The notes under the pieces: generated by a model
Seen by the model: the letters and a program-made list of their open reading frames with translations, nothing else
Databases searched by the model: none
Told to the model about the DNA's origin: nothing
Shown: in pieces, positions 56,743 to 64,000 of the stretch
How positions within the stretch are numbered: position 1 is the first letter of the stretch
Layout of the letters: every line of letters begins with the position of its first letter
NCBI GenBank assembly: GCA_016286535.1
Contig: JAEESZ010000005.1
Coordinates: forward strand, 156,585 to 220,584
Source of the DNA: Treponema sp.
GTDB lineage: Bacteria > Spirochaetota > Spirochaetia > Treponematales > Treponemataceae
DNA length: 64,000 nt
Reading direction: 5' to 3'
Position numbers and translations under genes: made by a program

Positions 56743-57519
56743 TTATTGCTGAGGCAAAATATCTTTATTTTTGAAATACTGCTGGTAATGCAATTTACGA
56801 TATTCGTAAGGTGTGTTACCAGTATGTTTTTTAAAGACATTAATAAAATGACTGTGGGAAGAGAAGGCAAAATAATTGCTGATATCCACAGAAGAATAAT
56901 CTGTATAAACAAGCATCTTTTCTGCGGCTTCAATTTTTAACTTTGTAGCGTATTGAAAAATTGTAATGCCGGTTTCTTTTTTAAACAATTCACACAAATA
57001 AGATTTATTGATTTTTAAGTGGCTGCTTATTTCGTCCAGGGAGATTTTTGTATTCAAGTGATTGTAAATGTATTCAGAAGTTTTTAATACATTTTTTGAC
57101 AGACCTACATTCTTATGAATTTTATGCATGCGTTCTGTAAAATCAAAAACAACTTCCTGATGAAGAATAATTATTTCGTCTGTAGTTTTACAGTTATCAA
57201 GCTGCTGAATATAAATATCACTAAGAGTGTAGGCAGATTCTGCAGGCATACCACCTTCAATACAAAAGCGGGTAATCATGGCAATTGTAATAATAAGGTG
57301 GTAGCGCAGGTTTCTTAATGGGTTGGAAGATAATTTTCCTAATTTATTCGATGTGATTGGAACCAGATGCTTTTTTACTTCTTCAAAATCTCCGCTGCGA
57401 ACCGCATTGTAAAAGTGCATTTCGTCGCTGTAGGGAAGATGAAAATTTGCATACTCCTGCTGAAGGAATAATTTGTAAGAAAGTATAGGTTCTTTATCCA
57501 TATTATAAATTCTCTCCAT
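56743..57519 (-). CDS. AraC family transcriptional regulator
   Basis: C-terminal double HTH (LDEISSHLKINKSYLCELFKKETG and FSSHSHFINVFKKHTGNTPYEYR). The ATG at 57501 is an alternative start. Confidence 0.8.
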   Translation of the reverse strand: MERIYNMDKEPILSYKLFLQQEYANFHLPYSDEMHFYNAVRSGDFEEVKKHLVPITSNKLGKLSSNPLRNLRYHLIITIAMITRFCIEGGMPAESAYTLSDIYIQQLDNCKTTDEIIILHQEVVFDFTERMHKIHKNVGLSKNVLKTSEYIYNHLNTKISLDEISSHLKINKSYLCELFKKETGITIFQYATKLKIEAAEKMLVYTDYSSVDISNYFAFSSHSHFINVFKKHTGNTPYEYRKLHYQQYFKNKDILPQQ

Positions 57520-58831
57520 TGCTTTGAATTACTTCTTTATACCAGAAGGCAGAATCTTTCATGGTTCTTTCCATTGTCTGGTAATTGATGTATATAAGTC
57601 CGAAACGTGGGTTATAGCCCTTTGCCCATTCAAAATTGTCCATAAGTGACCAGTGGAAGTAGCCGTCTACCTGACAGCCCATTTCTGTGCTTTCCTTAAG
57701 ACCTTTTAAGTAACGGTGTAAGAAGTCTATGCGGTTAGAATCATGAACTTTTCCGTCCAGGTGAACCCAGTCGTGGGTAGAAATACCGTTTTCTGTAATG
57801 ATGATTGGAAGATTGTAGCGTTTCCAATTGTGAAGAACGCCCCACTTAAGGGCCTTGTCGTAGGTGCCCCAGCCGAGTTCGGTGTGTGGATAACCCTGTT
57901 TAAGGTTGCAGTCCCCCTTACCACAATACTGGGCTTCGTAAATATTCAGACCAATAAAATCAATCTTTTCGTTTATAAGCTCCATATCTCCTGCAGAGAA
58001 GGCAGGGAAGAGGTCTCCAGCTTCTTTTAAGAGCTGTTCAGGATAATGGCCAAAAACAATAGGATCCAGCCAGTAAGACTGAGCCCAGGCAAATCCGCCT
58101 AAACCAGAATAGAAGTAAGCATCATAAGCCATTTCTTCATCATCTTTAGTTAATGGAATTTTAGGCTGGGTTGCAACAGTAATTCCTACCTTGCAGTCTT
58201 TTACATATTCCCTTAAAACTCTTACAGCTTTTCCGTGGGCCATATGAATATTATGACCAACCTGCAGAATTTCTTTTGTATTCATGGTAAGACCAGGAGC
58301 ATGAGTACCATCTCCGTAACCGAGCATCATAAAAACTGAAGGTTCATTAAAGGTGATAAAATTCTTTACCCTGTCACCAAAATTCTTTGCAACAACTGTG
58401 GTATATTCTTCAAACCATTTTGTAGATTCCGGATTAAGCCAGCCGCCCTTCTGATGTAAAACATAAGGCAGATCCCAGTGGTAAAGGGTTACAAAAGGGG
58501 TAATGTTATATTTTAAAAGTTCATCAATAAGATTGTTATAAAATTCAATTCCCTTTGGATTGATTCGACCGCTTCCTTCCGGAAGAATTCTTGCCCAGGA
58601 AATTGAGAATCTGTAAGCCTTGAGGCCCATTTCGGCCATAAGTTTTACATCTTCCTTGTATCTGTGGTAGTGATCACAGGCTGCATTGCCGTTTTCAAAA
58701 CGTTCTATTTTTCCTTTTGCAGTGCAAAACTCATCCCAGATGTTAAGACCCTTGCCATCTTCGTTATAAGCTCCTTCAATCTGATAAGCTGCAGTTGCTG
58801 CACCCCAAAAAAAATCTTTCTTAAAAGACAT
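57503..58831 (-). CDS. GH1 beta-glucosidase
   Basis: Motifs FLWGAATAAYQIEGA-like (FFWGAATAAYQIEGA), TFNEP and ITENG. Confidence 0.9.
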   Translation of the reverse strand: MSFKKDFFWGAATAAYQIEGAYNEDGKGLNIWDEFCTAKGKIERFENGNAACDHYHRYKEDVKLMAEMGLKAYRFSISWARILPEGSGRINPKGIEFYNNLIDELLKYNITPFVTLYHWDLPYVLHQKGGWLNPESTKWFEEYTTVVAKNFGDRVKNFITFNEPSVFMMLGYGDGTHAPGLTMNTKEILQVGHNIHMAHGKAVRVLREYVKDCKVGITVATQPKIPLTKDDEEMAYDAYFYSGLGGFAWAQSYWLDPIVFGHYPEQLLKEAGDLFPAFSAGDMELINEKIDFIGLNIYEAQYCGKGDCNLKQGYPHTELGWGTYDKALKWGVLHNWKRYNLPIIITENGISTHDWVHLDGKVHDSNRIDFLHRYLKGLKESTEMGCQVDGYFHWSLMDNFEWAKGYNPRFGLIYINYQTMERTMKDSAFWYKEVIQSNGENL

Positions 58832-58978
58832 AAAAACCTCATTCCTATTATCATTAAGATTTCATAAAAAATCTAATGTTACTTTAAGTTGCACTATATT
58901 TTAAAAATACCACATAATTATAAAAACTTGTATAAAATTCGGAATAATAATTTATGATTTTTACAAATCTGATTATAT

Positions 58979-59019
58979 AAAAAAATAACCACCCGAATCC
59001 ATAAGATTAAGGTGGTTAT
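58979..59019 (-). terminator. Rho-independent terminator of the feo operon
   Basis: Stem ataaccacc (58985-58993) pairs with ggtggttat (59011-59019), with an inner aatc/gatt extension. On the minus strand the stem is followed by a T-run (plus-strand A-run at 58979-58984). Confidence 0.6.
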
Positions 59020-59046
59020 AAAAAGTTTATAATACTTGTTTAATTA

Positions 59047-59196
59047 TTAATGATGATTTTTGCAGGCAGCACAGCTTCCGCAGGATCCACATGAGTGACC
59101 ACAGGTGGATTTTCCTTTTTTATGGTCTTTGACCATTTTAACTATAATTGCAGAAACTATTGCTGCTAAAATTATTGTTACAAGAAGTGTACCCAT
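59047..59196 (-). CDS. FeoB-associated Cys-rich small membrane protein (49 aa)
   Basis: Absent from the ORF track because it is under 60 aa. Hand translation gives MGTLLVTIILAAIVSAIIVKMVKDHKKGKSTCGHSCGSCGSCAACKNHH: one TM helix plus a Cys-rich tail, starting 9 nt after the feoB stop. Confidence 0.65.
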   Translation of the reverse strand: MGTLLVTIILAAIVSAIIVKMVKDHKKGKSTCGHSCGSCGSCAACKNHH

Positions 59197-59205
59197 AGCA
59201 TAATC

Positions 59206-61581
59206 CTATTTTGTATTTAATGTTTTTGCTTCAGTATATTTTTTGAAGAATAACATATAAATCATACAGGCAAGAAGAGCAATTGCCAAGATAAGTCCAA
59301 CAATGTTTACATTGCCTGTAAATAATTTACCAAACTGATTTATAAAGAAGGCGATTACATAAGCGAAGCCGCACTGGTAACCGATTGCAAACCAGGTCCA
59401 TTTTGCGTTGTTCATTTCGCGTTTGATAGCACCGATTGCGGCGAAACAAGGTGCACACAAAAGGTTGAATACTAAGAATGAGAAACCTGTAACACCTGTG
59501 AAGGCCTGACCAAGAGCCTGGAAGGCTGTCATTTCTTCGCTGCCATAGATAATTCCCATTGTACCTACAATGTTTTCCTTTGCAACAAGACCTGTAATTG
59601 ATGCAACTGCTGCCTGCCAGTTTCCCCATCCAAGAGGAGCGAAAATCCAGGCAATAGCACCACCAATTTTAGCAAGAATAGAAGCATCAAGTTCATCTTC
59701 TGCAAGCATGCGGAAGCCGTCATCTGCCCAGCCAAAGAAGCTTGTGAACCATACGATGATTGTTGAAAGAAGAATGATTGTTCCGGCTTTTTTGATGAAA
59801 GACCAGCCGCGTTCCCACATTGAGCGGAGAACGTTTCCTAAAGTTGGAAGGTGGTAAGCAGGAAGTTCCATAACGAATGGAGCTGGCTGACCGGCAAACA
59901 TTTTTGTCTTCTTAAGCATAATACCAGAGATGATGATTGCTGCCATTCCAATAAAGTAAGCAGAAGTTGCAACCCAGGCAGAACCGCCGAAAATTGCACC
60001 TGCAATCATGGCAATGAATGGAACCTTTGCACCACAAGGGATAAAGGTTGTTGTAATGATTGTCATACGGCGGTCGCGTTCATTTTCGATTGTACGGCTT
60101 GCCATAATTCCAGGAACACCACAACCTGTTCCAACAAGCATTGGAATAAATGATTTTCCAGATAATCCGAATTTGCGGAATACCCTGTCCAGAACGAAGG
60201 CAATACGAGCCATGTAACCGCAGGCTTCAAGGAAGGCAAGAAGAAGGAAAAGAACCAGCATCTGTGGAACAAAGCCTAATACTGCGCCAACGCCGGCTAC
60301 AATACCGTCAAGAATAAGGCCCTTAAGCCATTCTGCTGTTTCTAACTTATCAAGACCAGCTCCGATGAGGGCAGGAATACCTGGAACCCAAACACCATAT
60401 TCAGCAGGATCTGGACCTTCGCCATATTTTTCCTGCATTTCTTTAGCTTCTGCAATCATATCTTCTGTAATTTCGATTGGGTCAGAAAGCTCAAGAGTTT
60501 CTTCATCTTCAATGACGTAAGTGTTTTCACCATTTTCTACTGCTTCAAGAATCAGAGCAGTATCGCCATATTCTTCTGCAGCTTCTTCGTAAGCAGAGCT
60601 TCCAATTCCAAAGAGGTGATATCCGTCTCCGAACAAACCGTCGTTTGCCCAGTCTGTTGCAGCAGAACCAATACCAACCATAGAAATCCAGTATACGCAG
60701 AACATGATTGCAGCAAAGATTGGAAGACCTAACCAGCGGTTAGTTACAATACGGTCAATCTTATCTGAGGTTGAAAGTTTGCCTGCATTCTGTTTTTTGT
60801 AACTTGATTTAAGAATGTTTGCAATGTAAATATAGCGTTCATTTGTAATGATACTTTCTGAATCATCATCAAGTTCTTTTTCTGCAGCAACAATGTCATT
60901 CTCAATGTGTGCTAAAGTATCCTTGTCAATCTTGAGGCTTGAAAGCAGCTTTTCGTCTCTTTCAAAAATCTTGATTGCATACCAGCGCTGCTGTTCTTCA
61001 GGAAGGTTATGAACTACAGCTTCTTCAATATGAGCAATTGCATGTTCAACAGCTCCAGAGAAAGTGTGCTGAGGAATTGTTTTAACTCCCTGTGATGCAG
61101 CAATAGCTTCTTCTGCGGCCTGCATAATTCCAGTTCCTTTAAGAGCTGAAATTTCTATAACCTTGCATCCTAACTGAGAAGAAAGTTCTTTAACATCAAT
61201 TTTATCTCCAGACTTTTTAACAAGGTCCATCATGTTTAAGGCAATTACAACTGGAATTCCAAGTTCTGTAAGCTGGGTTGTAAGATATAAGTTTCTTTCA
61301 AGGTTAGTTGCATCTACAATATTTAAGATAACATCTGGACGCTGACCAATAAGATAATTTCTTGCTACTACTTCTTCCATTGTGTATGGAGAAAGAGAAT
61401 AAATACCAGGTAAGTCAGTAATGATGACTCCTTCGTGTTTTTTAAGTTTTCCTTCTTTCTTTTCTACTGTAACTCCAGGCCAGTTTCCTACAAACTGATT
61501 TGAACCTGTAAGGGCATTAAAGAGGGTTGTTTTACCACAGTTTGGGTTTCCTGCCAGGGCAATTCTGATTTCTTTTTTCAT
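59206..61581 (-). CDS. feoB: Ferrous iron transporter FeoB
   Basis: N-terminal G-domain motifs GNPNCGKTT and DLPG, followed by a large polytopic permease domain, 791 aa in total. Confidence 0.9.
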   Translation of the reverse strand: MKKEIRIALAGNPNCGKTTLFNALTGSNQFVGNWPGVTVEKKEGKLKKHEGVIITDLPGIYSLSPYTMEEVVARNYLIGQRPDVILNIVDATNLERNLYLTTQLTELGIPVVIALNMMDLVKKSGDKIDVKELSSQLGCKVIEISALKGTGIMQAAEEAIAASQGVKTIPQHTFSGAVEHAIAHIEEAVVHNLPEEQQRWYAIKIFERDEKLLSSLKIDKDTLAHIENDIVAAEKELDDDSESIITNERYIYIANILKSSYKKQNAGKLSTSDKIDRIVTNRWLGLPIFAAIMFCVYWISMVGIGSAATDWANDGLFGDGYHLFGIGSSAYEEAAEEYGDTALILEAVENGENTYVIEDEETLELSDPIEITEDMIAEAKEMQEKYGEGPDPAEYGVWVPGIPALIGAGLDKLETAEWLKGLILDGIVAGVGAVLGFVPQMLVLFLLLAFLEACGYMARIAFVLDRVFRKFGLSGKSFIPMLVGTGCGVPGIMASRTIENERDRRMTIITTTFIPCGAKVPFIAMIAGAIFGGSAWVATSAYFIGMAAIIISGIMLKKTKMFAGQPAPFVMELPAYHLPTLGNVLRSMWERGWSFIKKAGTIILLSTIIVWFTSFFGWADDGFRMLAEDELDASILAKIGGAIAWIFAPLGWGNWQAAVASITGLVAKENIVGTMGIIYGSEEMTAFQALGQAFTGVTGFSFLVFNLLCAPCFAAIGAIKREMNNAKWTWFAIGYQCGFAYVIAFFINQFGKLFTGNVNIVGLILAIALLACMIYMLFFKKYTEAKTLNTK

Positions 61582-61582
61582 C

Positions 61583-61822
61583 TTATTCCACCTCGATTAT
61601 TTCTGCGTCTGCTTTTCGCAGTGAGAGTTCATAGCCTCTAACGGTAACTTCAATAGGGTCACCAAGAGGAGCAACTTTACGAACGAATATTTCTATTCCC
61701 TTTGTAACTCCCATGTCCATGATGCGTCTTTTTACAGGACCTTCACCATACAACTTAACCACTTTTACGGTTTCGCCAATTTTTGCGTCGCGTAACGTCT
61801 TCATATAGCCTCCATTTATCAA
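61583..61822 (-). CDS. feoA: FeoA family protein
   Basis: A 79-aa SH3-like FeoA pattern (RRIMDMGVTKGIEI...LGDPIEVTVRGYELSLRK). Confidence 0.8.
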   Translation of the reverse strand: MINGGYMKTLRDAKIGETVKVVKLYGEGPVKRRIMDMGVTKGIEIFVRKVAPLGDPIEVTVRGYELSLRKADAEIIEVE

Positions 61823-62031
61823 ACCATTATCTTTCTTGCCATGTCTTCATTTATGGCAACGCGAGATTCTTTTACCTTTACAATTACATTTCCACATAAG
61901 GAATTTACGATAGTAATTGTACCGCCAACTACAAAGCCAAGATTTGCAAGATGTCTTTTGACTTCTTCGTTTCCACCAATTTTTTTGATAATTTGTTCTT
62001 TGTCTTTGTCTGCAACTATTAAAGGGATCAT
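61819..62031 (-). CDS. feoA: FeoA family protein (second copy)
   Basis: A 70-aa protein with LANLGFVVGGTITIV...VIVKVKESRVAI. It overlaps the next feoA by 4 nt. Confidence 0.7.
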   Translation of the reverse strand: MIPLIVADKDKEQIIKKIGGNEEVKRHLANLGFVVGGTITIVNSLCGNVIVKVKESRVAINEDMARKIMV

Positions 62032-62138
62032 AATAAACTCTGATTGTTTTAGTAAAAACTAACAATTACGTTAGTATTAACAAACAGAATGTTAGCGCAA
62101 TATAACAATTTAATCAATAGATAGAAGAGAATTTGAGA

Positions 62139-62564
62139 TTAGATATAGTACATGGTCCCATAATCCATTTTGTTTCGTTCAACAAGCTGTTCGAGAGTGA
62201 TGCTGTCTACAAAAGAATTAATGGTTTCTTCAAAATCGTTCCAGAACTGGTCTATACCAATGTTCGAAACAACATTATTTTCGGATTCTGTTACTGGAGA
62301 AAGTTCCCCTTCCAGTGCGCGAAGAATTTCTCCGGCAGTATAATCTTCAGTTTTTTTTATGAGCCTGTAACCGCCGTTTGAACCTCTGATTCCGGTTATT
62401 AGTCCTGCCTTACTTAACTGAATAAAAATCTGCTCCAGATACTTTATGGAAATATTGTGTCTGTGCGATAAGAGTTTAAGAGGAGTAAATTTCCCTTCGG
62501 GTTGTTCAGCAAGTTCTGTCATAATTAAAAGAGCATACTGGCCTCTGGTTGAAATTTTAAACAT
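62139..62564 (-). CDS. Rrf2 family transcriptional regulator (no cysteines)
   Basis: N-terminal ISTRGQYALLIMTELA and SNGGYRL motifs. The start at 62564 has an AGGAG Shine-Dalgarno. The protein contains no Cys residue. Confidence 0.8.
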   Translation of the reverse strand: MFKISTRGQYALLIMTELAEQPEGKFTPLKLLSHRHNISIKYLEQIFIQLSKAGLITGIRGSNGGYRLIKKTEDYTAGEILRALEGELSPVTESENNVVSNIGIDQFWNDFEETINSFVDSITLEQLVERNKMDYGTMYYI

Positions 62565-62806
62565 AATTTTCTCCTGAAAAAACAAATGATTTAATGATTC
62601 AGATACAATAAACCTATTAAAATAATAGGTAAAAGTTATAGTAAATTTAATGCAGAAAACCTACTATGTCAATAGGTAAAAGCTTTGTGGATGTGGATGT
62701 TTTTTTTGGGGGGGTGGGTGATGTGGAGGGGAGCAGGATAGATTGTGTAAAATTAAATAGTGTAATAGGTATGTACATTTTTTTATTATTTAGTTATATT
62801 TGCTGC

Positions 62807-63961
62807 ATGGTAAGAAACAAATCACTCTTAGTAATTTTACTTGCAGGACTTTCTTTATTTTCCTGCAAATCATCTTCTTCAGGTATTTCTTCTAAAACAG
62901 AAGACTGGAAAAGTAATTACACCTTTGTTTTTGTTCATGGACTTTCCGGCTGGGGCCATTATGATTTTAGGAACAAATTTTTTCCTTATTGGGGATTAAA
63001 AAATGGTTCCTTAATGAAGCAGCTTCGTAAGGAAGGTTTTTCTGCATATGATGCATCAGTTGCGCCTCAGGGGAGTGCCTGGGACCGGGCCTGTGAACTC
63101 TATGCTCAGCTTACAGGAAGCCGTACGGATTACGGAAAGGAACATTCCCAGCGCTGTGGGCACGAACGTTATGGCCGTGATTTTTCTAAAAAGCCTCTCA
63201 TAAAAAAATGGGATGCTGGGAACAAAATAAATTTGATTGGACATTCCTTTGGTGGAGTTACCGTAAGGCTTCTGGCTCATCTTATGGCAGAAGGGGCTGC
63301 GGCAGAAATAGCGGTAACCGAGGCTGACGATTTAAGTCCTTTGTTTGCCGGCGGGAAGGGGGACTGGATTTACTCTGTAACTGCCATTGCGGCTCCCCAT
63401 AACGGCACCTCTGCCTATCATGTTCCGGACGAAAATCCTGAACCAAAAAGCTGGGGCCAGAAAATGATGGATAAAATCAATGCTCCGGATAAAGATTCCC
63501 GTGCAGATTACGACTATGCAGATTTTGACATGCATGTTCAGAATGCAGATGAAATTAATAAATGGCTTACAACCCTGGATTCTGCCTTTTATTTTTCTTA
63601 TCCCTGTGCTGCTACAAAAGAGGCAGAGGATGGAAGTCAGGAACCTGTAACAGAAATTATGGAAAAGCTTTTTCAGCGAAGTTCAAAAAGAATGGGAGCC
63701 TTCGAAGGTACCTGTCCGGACGGAGCTGTTTTTACAAAAGAGTGGCAGAAAAATGACGGACTTGTAAATACCATATCAGCAAGAGCACCTTCTCATTCAA
63801 AATCCTGTGATTTTTATGATGGTGTTGAAATAAAAAAAGGAATATGGTATGTAATGCCAGAGTACACAGGAGATCACATGTCGCTGCAGGGTGGTCTTAC
63901 TATAAAAAACAATATCACAGATTTTTATATAAAACATCTGAATATGATAAACTCTTTATAA
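62807..63961 (+). CDS. Secreted lipase-like alpha/beta hydrolase lipoprotein
   Basis: Lipobox LSLFSC and nucleophile elbow GHSFGG. The N-terminal FVHGLSGWG and later AAPHNGT resemble Gram-positive-type triacylglycerol lipases. The start at 62807 is preferred. Confidence 0.7.
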   Translation: MVRNKSLLVILLAGLSLFSCKSSSSGISSKTEDWKSNYTFVFVHGLSGWGHYDFRNKFFPYWGLKNGSLMKQLRKEGFSAYDASVAPQGSAWDRACELYAQLTGSRTDYGKEHSQRCGHERYGRDFSKKPLIKKWDAGNKINLIGHSFGGVTVRLLAHLMAEGAAAEIAVTEADDLSPLFAGGKGDWIYSVTAIAAPHNGTSAYHVPDENPEPKSWGQKMMDKINAPDKDSRADYDYADFDMHVQNADEINKWLTTLDSAFYFSYPCAATKEAEDGSQEPVTEIMEKLFQRSSKRMGAFEGTCPDGAVFTKEWQKNDGLVNTISARAPSHSKSCDFYDGVEIKKGIWYVMPEYTGDHMSLQGGLTIKNNITDFYIKHLNMINSL

Positions 63962-64000
63962 TTTCGAGGTATATGATGAATACAAAGCAGAAAACAGCTT

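Noticed and set aside
63974-64000. A possible gene start (ATGATGAATACAAAGCAG...) at the window end.
   Set aside because: Only 9 codons are visible, so nothing can be said about a product.
1-64000. rRNA, tRNA, tmRNA, riboswitches (TPP upstream of the thiamine pyrophosphokinase gene, lysine upstream of dapL) and T-boxes.
   Set aside because: I could not recognise conserved cores of these RNAs in the short leaders. Absence by eye is not proof, and an Rfam/Infernal scan would settle it.

Overview
This is a 64-kb chromosomal window from an AT-rich anaerobic diderm. It is most likely a Treponema-like spirochaete, inferred from xSC-type lipoboxes, DapL, a hydrogenase-chemoreceptor fusion and overall gene content. 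All calls come from reading the ORF translations and DNA by eye; no database search, HMM or numerical computation was run. I support about 55 protein genes. I saw no rRNA or tRNA, no CRISPR array, and no transposase, integrase or phage genes.

Ordinary blocks, in order:
- bioY-bioM-bioN with a textbook BirA operator
- a degenerate-GGDEF/EAL protein
- TetR plus an acyl-CoA synthetase
- sbcD-sbcC-yfcE-like-eamA
- carboxylesterase, TatD and a PP2C membrane sensor
- FMN-dependent oxidase-like gene, pfkA and pyrF
- a LolA-like/MMPL/DUF3261-like export trio
- trkA-trkH
- panT-coaX, bracketed by ~200-bp inverted repeats
- thiamine pyrophosphokinase
- paaK and iorAB, with a trpP-like ECF transporter between them
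- dapL
- a GH3/SBP/GH5/AraC/GH1 beta-glucan locus
- a Cys-less Rrf2 regulator with feoA-feoA-feoB and an untracked 49-aa Cys-rich ORF
- a lipase

The main candidate for a novel system is a two-gene module present three times.
- Gene A is a lipoprotein with a C-terminal YiiX/YaeF-type permuted papain-like hydrolase domain.
- Gene B is a beta-rich lipoprotein of unknown family. It abuts A in copies 1 and 2 (stop and ATG adjacent) and follows it after a 10-nt gap in copy 3.
- Two tandem copies lie in a visibly AT-richer island (13.3-20.8 kb). Paralogous small OMP-like proteins flank this island, and a divergent pair (membrane-anchored LuxR-type protein plus an unknown protein) precedes it.
- A third, diverged copy (41.7-44.1 kb) sits between two promoters that share an 18-bp palindromic operator.
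- The tandem copies are mosaic: one block spanning the A/B gene junction is conserved, while the C-terminal half of B is hypervariable.
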